From: Vitrella brassicaformis CCMP3155
Taxonomy: Eukaryota > Protista > Chromerida
NCBI GenBank assembly: GCA_001179505.1
Contig: CDMY01000834.1
Location: 1 to 16,244 of the forward strand
Reading direction: 5' to 3'
Length of the DNA: 16,244 nucleotides
Position numbers and translations under genes: made by a program. Below are positions 1-10,833 of the stretch, piece by piece. The notes below the pieces were generated by a model. It did not search any database. It was given only the letters and a program-made list of their open reading frames with translations, and was not told the origin of the DNA. Within the stretch, counting starts at the first letter, position 1, and every line of letters starts with the position of its first letter.

Positions 1-128
1 CCCTTTGTGCTTTCTTCGTGATTTTCTTTTCCTGAGTACACGCCGTGATGGTTCGTCTTGAGAGGGGGTGTCAGGATTGCCAGCTTGGCAAGACGAACCA
101 CTGCGAGCTTGTGAGCTAGGGTATATTG
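1..128 (-). CDS. Possible partial coding exon running out of the window (unknown protein, basic NLS-like stretch)
   Basis: On the minus strand a long pyrimidine tract (RC of 141-175) ends in ACACAG| at 129-130. It is followed by a frame open to the window edge: IYPSSQARSGSSCQAGNPDTPSQDEPSRRVLRKRKSRRKHKG. A second frame (QYTLAHKLAVVRLAK...) is also open. No start codon was identified. Confidence 0.3.
49..100. repeat. Perfect 12-bp inverted repeat (hairpin) with 28-nt spacer
   Basis: TGGTTCGTCTTG (49-60) is the exact reverse complement of CAAGACGAACCA (89-100). An overlapping alternative stem TTGCCA-GCT-TGGCAA lies at 77-91. Confidence 0.8.
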
Positions 129-188
129 CTGTGTAACGGGTGGAGAGAGGAGAAGACAAGGAAAGACAAGGAAAGCATTCTGAGGAGA

Positions 189-387
189 CACGATCTTATC
201 AGCCATCACCGAAGTGAGATCTGTGTTGACCACCCTTCATGATGCCATACATGGACAGAAACAACTTTGACTGGCCAGTCCATCGGTCTTATTGAAGTAA
301 AAGCACTCTTACTCTGGGACTTACCGCCCAGCAGATCCTCTATTCAGCTAACTACAGGAAAGGTCCTCACCGGCCTTTTTCGCACAC
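189..387 (+). repeat. Left arm of a ~200-bp long-range inverted repeat (partner 16042-16244)
   Basis: CACGATCTTATCAGCC...GGCCTTTTTCGCACAC is the reverse complement of 16042-16244, with 3 substitutions and one 4-nt (GACT) indel by manual alignment. Confidence 0.97.
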
Positions 388-1565
388 AGAGAACACAGAC
401 TGACAGACACGATGGGCGACAACGTAGCGAAGTAGCTGGCCAAGACTTACACATGTCAGTCATGTGCTGCTGGTGCTGTTTGTTGTACCATACATACACA
501 TACATACTGGGACCGGCGAGCAGGACTGTTTTCACTGCTCCCTCTCCTCACTCTCAATGCTCTCTTGAACAACTGCCCGTGTTGTCAGTGGTGCTTGACA
601 GGACACATGTGTGTGGCGCACGAGCTGTGTCAACACTGGAAAGCCCCAGGGGCTGAATCGAATCATACCTGGCTGGGGACCTGTGTGTCTACCTATCAAT
701 CAATCAAGGAAGCCGCCCGTAGTAACTAGCTAGCACATTTCTCTCTCTCTGTCTGTGTGCGTGTAGAGTAGCTCTACATGCAGTTAGTAGGTAGTGCACC
801 CATCCATCCACGCTTGTCCGAATTGACAGCTGCTGGGCGGGGCGGGGCGACGTGGGTTTGGGTTTGGTTGGGTTCACGTGGTTTTACCACACCGCACCGT
901 GTAGGATATCCACCCACCCACCCCTGTCATGTGATGTCACGTCAAGTGTGCATCTCGTTCATTTTGATGTGGGCATGCAATGCACCAGACTTGTCGCTCT
1001 CGCGTGTGTTGGCAATTCAATGCATGCTCTTCATCTCATTGATACATGGCATTAAAGTCACTGACACCATCAACACACTTACGCATGACAAATACACACA
1101 TCCATAGCTGGATCAAGCAAGCAGAAAGGCAGGCAGGCCCGCGGGCTCAAAATCGCCGGCAGCCGTGCACTGCACACCATCCAATCCATCCATCCATCCA
1201 TTCATGGTTGCAGTTGTTTCATGCGCTTTCCAGTGGTAGCGTGACGGCGGGGCAAGGTGACGTGCGGGCGGCTCAAATCACCACACACATGTGACCTTCC
1301 CGAGAGTCGCGGAACACTGGAGAACACACTGACCATCGACATTGAAGCACACCATACATACATTCTTCGTATGTGCAATGCATGTCATGATGTGGTGTGT
1401 GTCAATCAAAAATGGCCATGAGTGACGTGACAGGGCTTCAGTCGGGAGCCCCTGCCCTAGATCTAAAAAGGATGCCTGACTGACTGACTCCACTCCTTAC
1501 TTACCCATGCACACATGCAATGCACCCACGCCCTGCAACACAATCCAATCCGTCTGCCCTGCTAG

Positions 1566-3414
1566 TCAGAACTTGTCGCTCATGGTTGCGACGAGTATGC
1601 CCTTGATGGTGTGCATTCTGTTCTCCGCCTCGTCAAACACCACCGAGTGCTCACTCCTACACCACACCACACCGCACCGCACACGCATCGCATCCGTGGC
1701 GCAACGCAGACACACACAAATGCTTTCTTTGTATGTCGATTAGATTGGTGTGTGGGTCACCTGAATACTTCGTCGGTGACCTCCATGGACTCGAGGCCGT
1801 ACTTGTCACGAACCTAGCCTCACGCACCACGCGCACACGAGGCTCACACACGGGATGGAGAGTGCCTGCCTGTCTGCCCATTTATGTGTGTACCTGTGTA
1901 CCTACCTGTCTGCCGACGACAGTCTGCAGGTCGTGGAACGACGGCAGGCAGTGCATGAAGATCACATCAGCCTCATCTGACACACACACACAATCCGGCC
2001 CATGCAGTCAGTGTCTTGTGGTCCGTCCTTCCTTCCATTGCCCGTCCCGTCCCGCCCCTCTCACTCACTCACTCACCAGTGGCTTTGATCATGTCCATGT
2101 TGACTTGGTATGCCCTGAGCTGCTGTATGCGCTCCTCCCACAGGGCCTCCTCCCCCATGCTCACCCACACGTCCGTGTAGATGATCTTGGCACCCTTGAC
2201 GGCACTCGCTACGTCAGCACTGCACGATATAGTACCGCCCGTCGCCTTGGCCGCCTCCTGATTCATGACATACATGTAACGTACCACACGTGTCAGTCAC
2301 ACGTGTCCATAATATAAATGGATGGATGGATGGATCTCGCTCGTCTCCACCAGCCCAGCCCACCCACCTCACCTGCATGTGTGTGAGAACGTCTCCCTTG
2401 GGCCAGAGGCTCTCTGGTGCGAGGGCGACGTAGTGCATGCCCAGCTTGGCAGCCGCTATCATCAAAGATATGGCCACGTTGTTGCGGGTGTCGCCCACAA
2501 ACACCAGCTTGACGCCCTTAAAACGGTCGGCGGGCAGCTGGGGCGGTGGCGGGGGTGGGGCAGATGCATTCGTGGCTGGGTTGGGCAGGCCAGCTGTGCC
2601 TTTCTTGTTGCCGTAGAGGAGGTGCTCCTGTATGGTGAGCAGGTCGGCCAATATCTGGGTGGGGTGGAACGCATCAGTCAGCCCATTCCACACCGGCACA
2701 CCTACACATACCATACACACGGGAGGCCAGCGCATCTACAACGTGTGTGTCGATGGATGTCATCTGATGTGTTTGGCGTTTGCTGACCTGAGTGCTGTGC
2801 GAGAGTTTCGCAGACGGACTGCAGAGCACCCCTGAATTCGATGCCGTCATAGTATCTGCCCAGCACTTTGGCAGTGTCCTCGATGGACTCCTTCTTGCCC
2901 GTGTGGGAGCCCTGCAGGTAGGTCGTCATGCAGCCCTCATCGTACGCAGCCACCTCAAACGCACACCCTGCACACACACACACACAACAGGACAGGACAG
3001 GACACACAGACAGCATCCATTGCAATGCTAGGCGTGTGGTGTGCCGTTCTGGAAAGCAGCCCATCCCAGCCGACTGACTGACGTGTGCGAGTGGAGTCCT
3101 TTTCGAAGACGAGGCATATGTTTTTGTTTGCGAGTAGATCTCCCCTCTCCTTGCCGGTCTTCTTCTTGTGCTTGAGCGCCGCAGACAGATCCAGCAGATA
3201 CAAGATCTCTGACGTATATCCGCCACATCACACACAGAGAAAGGTCACACAAGCGTGCATCTGTCTGTCTGTGGGCACAGGAGGGTGATATGGGGGTTCT
3301 TGCCCGTTCGTGTGCCGTGTGCGCACCTTCGGCAGTGAATTCCTTGAGTGTGAGCAGATGTCTGCCTTTCAGCTGTGGCCGCAACGGATGCTTCTGGAGG
3401 CTCTCCATCGACAT
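1566..3414 (-). CDS. OTC: Ornithine carbamoyltransferase, bacterial ArcB/ArgF-like, 8 exons
   Basis: Spliced translation contains the OTC motifs [108 protein letters not shown] and [21 protein letters not shown]. All 7 introns are GT-AG with consistent phases. The stop TGA is at 1566-1568 and the first in-frame ATG of exon 1 is at 3414. Confidence 0.96.
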
Positions 3415-3633
3415 TCTCGCGGCAGGGACCTCTCGATGGCAGCAGAATGAAGGAGAATGCACCCTTTCAGCGCACTGAGCTGTAGAGTCCACGCGCTGTG
3501 CGAGCTTAGAAGTCCAGCAATCGGTGCAGGGATACTTTCCATTTGTCTGGCGATAGTTACTCACTAGCATGCACACGGACACAGTGTCGTATGTTGGAAG
3601 GCAAGGAATGCACGAAAATGTCGGCAGCTGGCC

Positions 3634-6136
3634 TCATCCAATCTGGGCCAGGATGGTCAGGACCTTGAAGGGAACGCGCACACGCCGAGACAAAAACAGT
3701 CATGGCAGGCATCGCTCTTGTGTGTGTGCGTGCTTACGTCTTCCAGCGCCGTTTTCTCTGCTTGTCGTTGCTGCTTTCGTGTGTCATAGTTGGAGAGAAT
3801 GAAGTCACAATTCGGGCGGATGCTCGTGCTGTACTTGTCCAACGCCGACACATCCTGCAAGCATGATACATGACACATGGCACACACAGATAGACAGCCA
3901 TGGGGCCGACAATAAATGCCCTCTGTCGATCGACCCACAATGTAGCTATATGTGCACCAACCAACCCCGCCTCCCACTTACCTCCTTTGTCTTGTGCAGT
4001 TCCTGTTGCTTTGCCATTTTGTTTTCCTCACACTGTGCGATCTCCTGGTCCTTGGCCGCTATCGCCTCGACAGCCAACTGCTCGGCCTCCTTGAGCTATA
4101 CGCATAGAAGGCAGGACAGGCAGGACACAACACGACACGTATATGTGCTGGGATGCTATAAGTGATCGACCTGTTTGATCATGGCTTCATATGCCGTCCT
4201 GGCGGCTTCCTCCTCGCTCTCGGCCGATTTGAGGCTCGATTCGGCCTGAGTTAAGTGAAGCAACAGGCAGACGAATGGGCGAGAGATGTAGAGACCCACA
4301 GCAACAGCCAATATCACCGACTTCATCGTACAGAAACTGAAGTGTGGAGATGACAGTTTGGGCGTCCGACTCGCCTCCTGCAAGCCGAGAGGCAGACAGT
4401 GTGGCGTCGGTCTCATCCACCGAATCCTCCCGGGTCAAGTCTTTCTTACTGTATGTGGCATCGAGTGCGTCAGGTGGTGTGTCAGGTGGCTGCTCGACCC
4501 CATCGATGGGCTGACCCATCGCCACACGCTGCTCACGCCGCTGCAGCAACAGCTCACTCTGTTGCTCTGGAGGAAGACAAAGGTACAAGGGTTTGATTGG
4601 ATGGTCATGTCATGGATCCTTCCATTTATCTATCCGTCGATTTATGGTACGTTCTTGTGTCTATAGTGTGTCGTAGAATGCCTTTAGAGTCTTGACGGCT
4701 TCTTGTAGCAGCTCCATTGTCTTCTGGTAATCTGTACGTACAATGGATGGATGGATGGATGGATGGATGGATGGAGACCTGGTTGATGATGTGTGTGTGT
4801 GTTTGTACCCATCACCCCACCCGCGTGCCTGTCGTACCTTTGACATCTTGCTGGTACTGCTCATACATGGCCTTGCGAGTAGCCTCGGCCGACACTTGCG
4901 CCTCTCGGTTGCTGTCGAGGGCGGCCACTGCAGCCGACCTCTCGCCCTCCTTCTGCACATACATACATACAGATAGGTACGTACGCATCATAAGTAGGGA
5001 AGACACCAGTGGATCGGATCATCCCTCATACCGTCCCGATGTCTCCCTCTATTTGGTCTATTTGTGCTTCCAGCAGTGCCATTTGTGTCGTCAGATCGGC
5101 ACGGGTGGAGTTGTTCTGGAGAGGGTGAGGGCAAAGGTAGATATGTGCGTATTCTTAATGTCTGTCGGTGTCCGTTCGGCTGACCGGGCTGTATTCTGTC
5201 TCGCACCAGCTCTTGGCATGGTCGTCCTGGCAGCGCAAGGCAGGCACAGACAGACGAAGGCACTGGTCTTCGTGCGTGTCTGCCTGCCTGCCTGCCTGCC
5301 TTCTACCTTTCCTTGATCTTTGTCGAGCACTGTTTGCATCTTCGTTATCATCTTTTTCACTTTGTCCAGCGGGCCGCCAGCCGCCAATGCACTCGCCAGC
5401 TGGGAGAAGGCACGCCATCCAGATCTTGAGAGGAGGGCGGCAAGCTGATATATGGACAGGCGAGAGCATACAGTATGCACGCGCCAAATGGTGTCCTGAT
5501 TAGAGCCTGCGCGACTGACCTCGTTTCTGGTTTTGTCTTCTGTGTGTGCCCAGGTGTCGAGTAGAGAAAGGGTGCGGCTGGACTGGTGGGGGCTGGACTG
5601 GTGGGCGCGGGTGAGTGTTCTAATGAGCCTGTGGGCATTGTTGCGCTGGATGAGCATCATGTCGCCGCCCCCCATCGACCTGTTTGTGCATAGTGAGTGG
5701 CAAAGGAGCAGGCATTTGGCGCATTTGTCTGTCATGTGTGTGCGTGTGTGTACTTGGAGAATGCCTGGTATGCCTCGTCGCTGCTGAGTATAGAGACGGC
5801 TTTGCTGATAGCCGCCTCCTCGTTGGCGCGCTTCATCTGCACACTCATACATTGCATAGATGCATACACACACATGAGCGGTCCGGTGTGCCATTGTGTC
5901 TCTTGTGCCCACGGTCGTTTCGGCAAACACGTTGGCCTGGGAGTTGCATTGGTCCTTCAAGGTGGCCAAAGTTGACTCATCTGCACCACCACCAGCCAGC
6001 AGTTGGATGGCTCTCTCGTACACATAATGCAGAAGGATGGATGGATGCATTCACACCTGTTTCAAGGGCCTGTGTGAGGCCATCAAGCTCCCCCTGACTG
6101 TCAGAAGACTCCCCCAAACTGACACACGCTCACACG

Positions 6137-6168
<32 letters not shown>

Positions 6169-7509
6169 GGAGAGAGAGAGAGAGAGAGCCTCTGCGTCAA
6201 GACTGAGGGTTGCCCACTGGTTGATGTACCCACCGTGTGGCCATGTCGGCTTTCTTGGAGGCCAGAATCGCGCTCATCTCGTGATGGGCCTTCTGAAAGA
6301 ATGCTCATACAGACACGGGGCGGTCATCACATCACATCGCACCCACCCACCCACCCACCCACCCACCCAGCCGGGCATCTATCACGCACCTGTTTGAGTC
6401 TCATGAATGAGTTGTGTGCCGTCTGTGCCTTGTTCTCCCTCTCGGTGGCGGCAGAAAGGTCTTGCACGAATGTGTCGTTCATGTTAGACAAGATGCCGAT
6501 GATCTGTCCAGACTGCGGATTGTATGTCTGCAGGTGGGGGGCCACAGATGCGCCAGACGACACAAATGACAGCACCACCTGCACAGCGGACAGAGACAAA
6601 GAAAAAGGCAGATTCGGGGGGAGAGCATTCAACGCATGTCGGTACAGTACATGCCTGTTTCTGTGCATCGTCCAGGAGCTCGCTGACGGCTCGCAGTGCC
6701 CCTTTGGCTGCATCCGTGAGGCCTCTCCTGGCCAATGATTGCGACCTCAGAAGGAATGCGGGCGGCTCCTCGTCCATGTTCGTCAAGGTCGCAATTGCCT
6801 GCGCCAGGCTGCTGATGTAGGCCTCCGTGTCTGCAGACGACGAAACACAGGCAATACAAATGAATGGATGGATGGATGGATGAATGGATGGGTGCAGAGA
6901 TGGATGCAGTGCAGGCAGCCGGGTGTCTGTGTGTGCGTACCGTTTTTGAAGGCCATGTATTCCTCATACTCCTTGTTTCTCATGGTTGCAGCGGCGTTGC
7001 GCGCCTCTACATTGCCTTGTATTTGTTTGGTGAGATCAGCGATCTCCGTCGACAGTGTGCCGACGTCGGCCTTGGCCGCACCCACAGATGCAGACAGCAC
7101 CGGGATGGTGTCTCTGACGGACGGCACCACCACCAATAGATAGGGCAACATAGATTGAAGTGTATGGGACTTTCTTTCAGCAAAGCCCATTCTCACTTTG
7201 CGTGTTTAATGTGTGTTTCCTTCTGCTCGATCTCTTTGTGGCAGAAACACTTGAACTTCTGATAGGTCGCCTCCTCATCCTTGCCTGAAGTGACATTCGT
7301 TTCAACCAAATCAACCAAAGAGCATCCCGATGGGGAAAACCGCCTCCTTCGATCTATGTACCTTTTTGCCTTGACGACTGCAGCATGCCCTCAAGAAGGG
7401 AGATGACGTCAGCCATGCCTCGCGCCTTCTGATGCCCATGCGCATGGGAGCCGCTGACGGCCGCCACCAATGGCAGCAGCAACAAAGGCACCGACAGGAG
7501 GCTTCTCAT
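3634..7509 (-). CDS. Secreted multi-exon coiled-coil protein, alveolate extrusome/trichocyst-matrix-like (inferred)
   Basis: Exon 1 (7509-7362) gives MRSLLSVPLLLLPLVAAVSGSHAHGHQKARGMADVISLLEGMLQSSRQK (signal peptide). Exon 2 gives GKDEEATYQKFKCFC. Later exons give heptad-rich helices, PLDKVKKMITKMQ, KSWCETEY and NCDFILSNYDTRKQQRQAEKTALED|VLTILAQIG*. The junctions I checked are GT-AG and in phase; the middle exons are only approximately defined. Confidence 0.85.
4743..4774. repeat. (ATGG)8 intronic microsatellite
   Basis: Eight perfect ATGG units; similar tracts near 2318, 6864 and 10202. Confidence 0.95.
6137..6188. repeat. Compound (CA)12 / (AG)9 intronic microsatellite
   Basis: CA run 6137-6160 and AG run 6171-6188, read directly. 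Confidence 0.95.
6341..6368. repeat. (ACCC)7 intronic microsatellite
   Basis: Seven perfect ACCC units. Confidence 0.95.
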
Positions 7510-7623
7510 CCTGCCGACCTGCTGATACACAGGCCCTGGACAAGAAAACGCCGCAGATCTTCACCTCTGAATTTACGTCAACCCCTTAAGCTCGCAAAAT
7601 TTCTGGCGACCACCAAAAAGAAG
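7510..7623. promoter_or_regulatory. Compact bidirectional promoter/5' UTR region
   Basis: Only 114 bp separate the divergent ATGs at 7509 (-) and 7624 (+). Confidence 0.6.
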
Positions 7624-10464
7624 ATGGGCAACACGACGAGCTCTGGCAGCAGTAGAGTGAGGTTGGACGTCGACAGTCCATCCAACCTTCCCCCTCCCCC
7701 GCCCCATCTGCCGCACGGCAAGCTGTTCGGGCTCATCCAGACGGCCAACGACACGCGACACCTCACATCCCTGCCCACAGACACCCTCACCATCGACGTC
7801 CCCGCAGATCTGCCCGTTTTCACCGTCTCCTTCTACGTAACTTCACACATGCACACACACTGCGCCATGGGATCGTGTGTGCGTGCGTGTTGTGCAGTAT
7901 GCGGATAGCCTTGTTGAGCTCCGTGATGGCGTGGCGACCATCGCGGCTGAGGTGTACATCCACGTGCCCTCTGCATCGCAATATCTGAGGGCCAAAGCCG
8001 GCACGGATGTCAGGCAGCCTCTCCCGAGCGGCGAGACGTTCAGTCTGGCTCTGCGGACGAGCGGCTTCCTGCCGGGGCTGAACGCCCAGCCCGCTTCTCT
8101 GTCGACCTATGATGGGGCATTCAGGAGCGCCCTCATGCCTGCCCCCACCCAGCCTTCAGGTCGACAAATGAACAAAGGAGGTGTGTGACGCATCCTTGTC
8201 TGGAATACGTTTCGGCTGCCATCCATATGTGTGCAGTGCGCCTGACGCTGCACAGCCCCTCGCCTGTTGAGGGCCGAACCAGCCACGTCGACGATAAACA
8301 TGACCTCTACTACCCCTCGGCCGCCCCATCGCAGCCCTCGGCGTCCACCTCCATCTTCAGCGGCCTCTTCTTCCCCCCCAAGACGACACAAGAGTCGGAC
8401 CTCCCGGCACACGCGGGCTCCCGGGCGGCAGCGGGCCCAGACCAGGACATCTATCGTACAGAGGGGCGAGTTCACCAGACTCAGCAAGGGTGGACACGAG
8501 AAGAGCCGCCTGCGGCACCACAATCGGCGGCATCTCCAGGGAGTGGCATTGGTACGTATTTCGGCTGGGGTAGGGGCGGTGACGAGGCGGCGCGTGTGAA
8601 GGAGCTAGAAGCGCAGCTGAGGGCTGCAAGCGAAGGGCAGCAGCGTGCTCAGGAGCACGTAGATCGGCTAAACGCGGCGATGAGGAAGCTGGCGGAGGAA
8701 CACAGGGACAGCCACAAGACCATCCAGGTAGCTGCACGGACACGCGCTGCCTACAGATGCACGCAACGTTGTCTGTCTTACTTTCGCTGTGTTCCATGTA
8801 TGAATGAATGTCAGGAGCTGACTCACACGGCCAGCACCGCAAGAATATCATATAAGACCATTCGGGAGGAAAAGATGTGCCTGCAGGTCTGGTCTGCACT
8901 AGGGCAGACACGTACCGTACACCTTGCCTGCTAATCTTTTCCTCTCTCTGTCTCTGCCGCAGGCCGAGTTGGAGCAGGAGCGACGGTCAGTCGTCCGTCC
9001 AGCCACTAGATAGACCCATGCATTGCAACGCCCCACATCTAGTGTGCCTGGCCTGCGTGTATGTACAGACGCACCCGCACTGCCCGTGCGCATCAGCTGG
9101 ATGACGGGACGGCAGGCGCTGATATGGGTGAGCTGGCCAAGACGAGAGCGAGGCTCTCTGAGGCCATCCTGGCTTACGACAAACTCATGCGGGAATGCAA
9201 CCAGAGACACGAGGAGCTTAGGTGAGGAAGGGGGCACACACAGAGACACTTACTTACACTTCAGCTGCTGTCGTGAAGTCTGCCTAATTGTGTGCAATGG
9301 ATCCATCATGCAGTGGCGCGTTGGCAGGCAAGGAGCATGAGCTGCGTGTGCTGGAGGAGAGGCTGGCGGGCGACGTGGCTGACGCCGCACTGACGTGGAG
9401 CGTTGAGAAGAACACACTGCAGGCAAGGCAGACACACTTCATTACACCGTTGGTTCATGTAACCATTCCATGGTCGCCAGATGGAGTGGACCGAGAGGGA
9501 GCGGCATCTCGAGTCTAGGATACAGCAGCATGCTGACGAGATACGTGAGCTCACGCAGCAGAAAGCCGCCAGCCAAGACGTGTCAGTGAGGGTGGAGAGA
9601 TACCTGTCATGCCGCAGATATACCTTAAAGCTGATGTCTGTCTGCGTTTCAGTGTGTCTGCCCTTGAGAAGGAGATCGCAGCGCTCAAGGTGGGCTGTTC
9701 GATGGAAAGCACCCACTCATTTCCTTGTATGCTCCGTCTCTCTCTCTCTGTGGCAGGCTAGTGGCGTCTCAGCACGATCATCTTCCGGTGAGGAGGGGGA
9801 CGCCGTAGCGCACCTGAAGGCCAAAGTCGAGAGGGTGGAGAAGGAAAAGAGAGACTTGAACCAACAGGTACATACATATCTCATCTACATGTATGGGTAT
9901 AACGCATGTATGTATGTGTGTAGACACCTGTGTATCTGTATGTATGTGTGGGTGTATGTATTTGTGGTCTTCAGTTGGCAGAGTATCGTGATAGTGTTCG
10001 TGTGTCGGAGGGAGAGGTAAGTCAGGTTGGCAATTCGGCAACCCTCCCTGGCTTTTCATTTGGTCGCTGTGTGTGTCAGCAACCCTCAACTGCGGAGAAG
10101 GACCGTCGTTGCGAGTTGCTGGAGGGACTGCTGGAGCGGATCGGTACCTACACCGACCCAGCCATTCGCCAACAGGCAAGTCGACTTCTTCACACACACG
10201 AATGGATGGATGGATGGATGGATGGGCGTGTGTGTCCGACATGTTTGTTTGCACTGCACGAGCAGATAGCCTTGTATCGGCGTGACCCTGAGGGCCTCAA
10301 GAGCTGGCTCGACGCATATACAGATCCGCCACAGCCGACTGGGGTAGGTCCCTCGCCTACACACACAAATACAGACAGACAGACGTGCGCAAACTCCCGT
10401 CTTCTCTTCCTGGTCTGTCTATCCCCTGCAGTCACTGGAGCAGGCCAGCGGGGACCCCTCATAG
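7624..10464 (+). CDS. Multi-exon coiled-coil protein with predicted N-myristoylation (MGNTTS), function unknown
   Basis: Starts MGNTTSSGSSRVRLDVDSP (MGxxxS). Exons include YADSLVELRDGVATIAAEVYIHVP, RVKELEAQLRAASEGQQRAQEHVDRLN, MEWTERERHLESRIQQHADEIRELTQQK, LKAKVERVEKEKRDLNQQ and IALYRRDPEGLKSWLDAYTDPPQPTG|SLEQASGDPS*. The last junction (10343/10432) is in phase and the stop TAG is at 10462-10464. Confidence 0.8.
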
Positions 10465-10598
10465 CGCGCAATGCATGTCGGCATTCATTCGTATTTTTCA
10501 TGTGAAACAAAGCATATCTCTGGCGCGGGCTGGTGAATCTCTCTGTTCCATTCATTGATGCAGTATGTGTGCGGTGCGTCTGGACTGGACCCGTCTGT

Positions 10599-10622
10599 CT
10601 GGCTGGCTGGCTGGCTGGCTGG
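10599..10622. repeat. (CTGG)6 microsatellite in the convergent intergenic/3' UTR region
   Basis: Six perfect CTGG units. Confidence 0.9.
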
Positions 10623-10833
10623 CCATGCGATGAAAGATGACACCCGTCCCGTGCAGTGCACACATTTGGTTCTGTACTCTGTCCGTCCCGTCAAGCTTCA
10701 CATCCATTATACCCCCCGATGTGGCTTCACGCGACATACAACAGCCCTCAGCGCTCGACAACCAAGCAACCATGACTCCCCAGCAAATAAAGCAAAAGAC
10801 TCACTCATCCCAGCAAGGATGGATGTATCCATA

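Noticed and set aside
83-103. Minus-strand CA-G-TGGTTCGTCTTG read as an LTR end plus primer-binding site
   Set aside because: The implied tRNA 3' 18-mer lacks the conserved C61, and no gag/pol sequence is visible.
366-382. CTCACCGGCCTTTTTCG resembles the U2 snRNA 5' stem (CTCGGCCTTTTGGC)
   Set aside because: No GCTAAGATCA or GTGTAGTA branch-pairing sequence follows.
665-678. ATACCTGGCTGGGG resembles the U1 snRNA 5' end
   Set aside because: It lacks the full ATACTTACCTG splice-site-pairing sequence. The downstream sequence is low-complexity, with no recognisable U1 stem-loops or Sm site.
267-1493. Several 60-130 aa ORFs in the left intergenic region
   Set aside because: They begin at alternative start codons, translate microsatellites (HPSI, CVC) and show no domain-like content or coherent splice chain.
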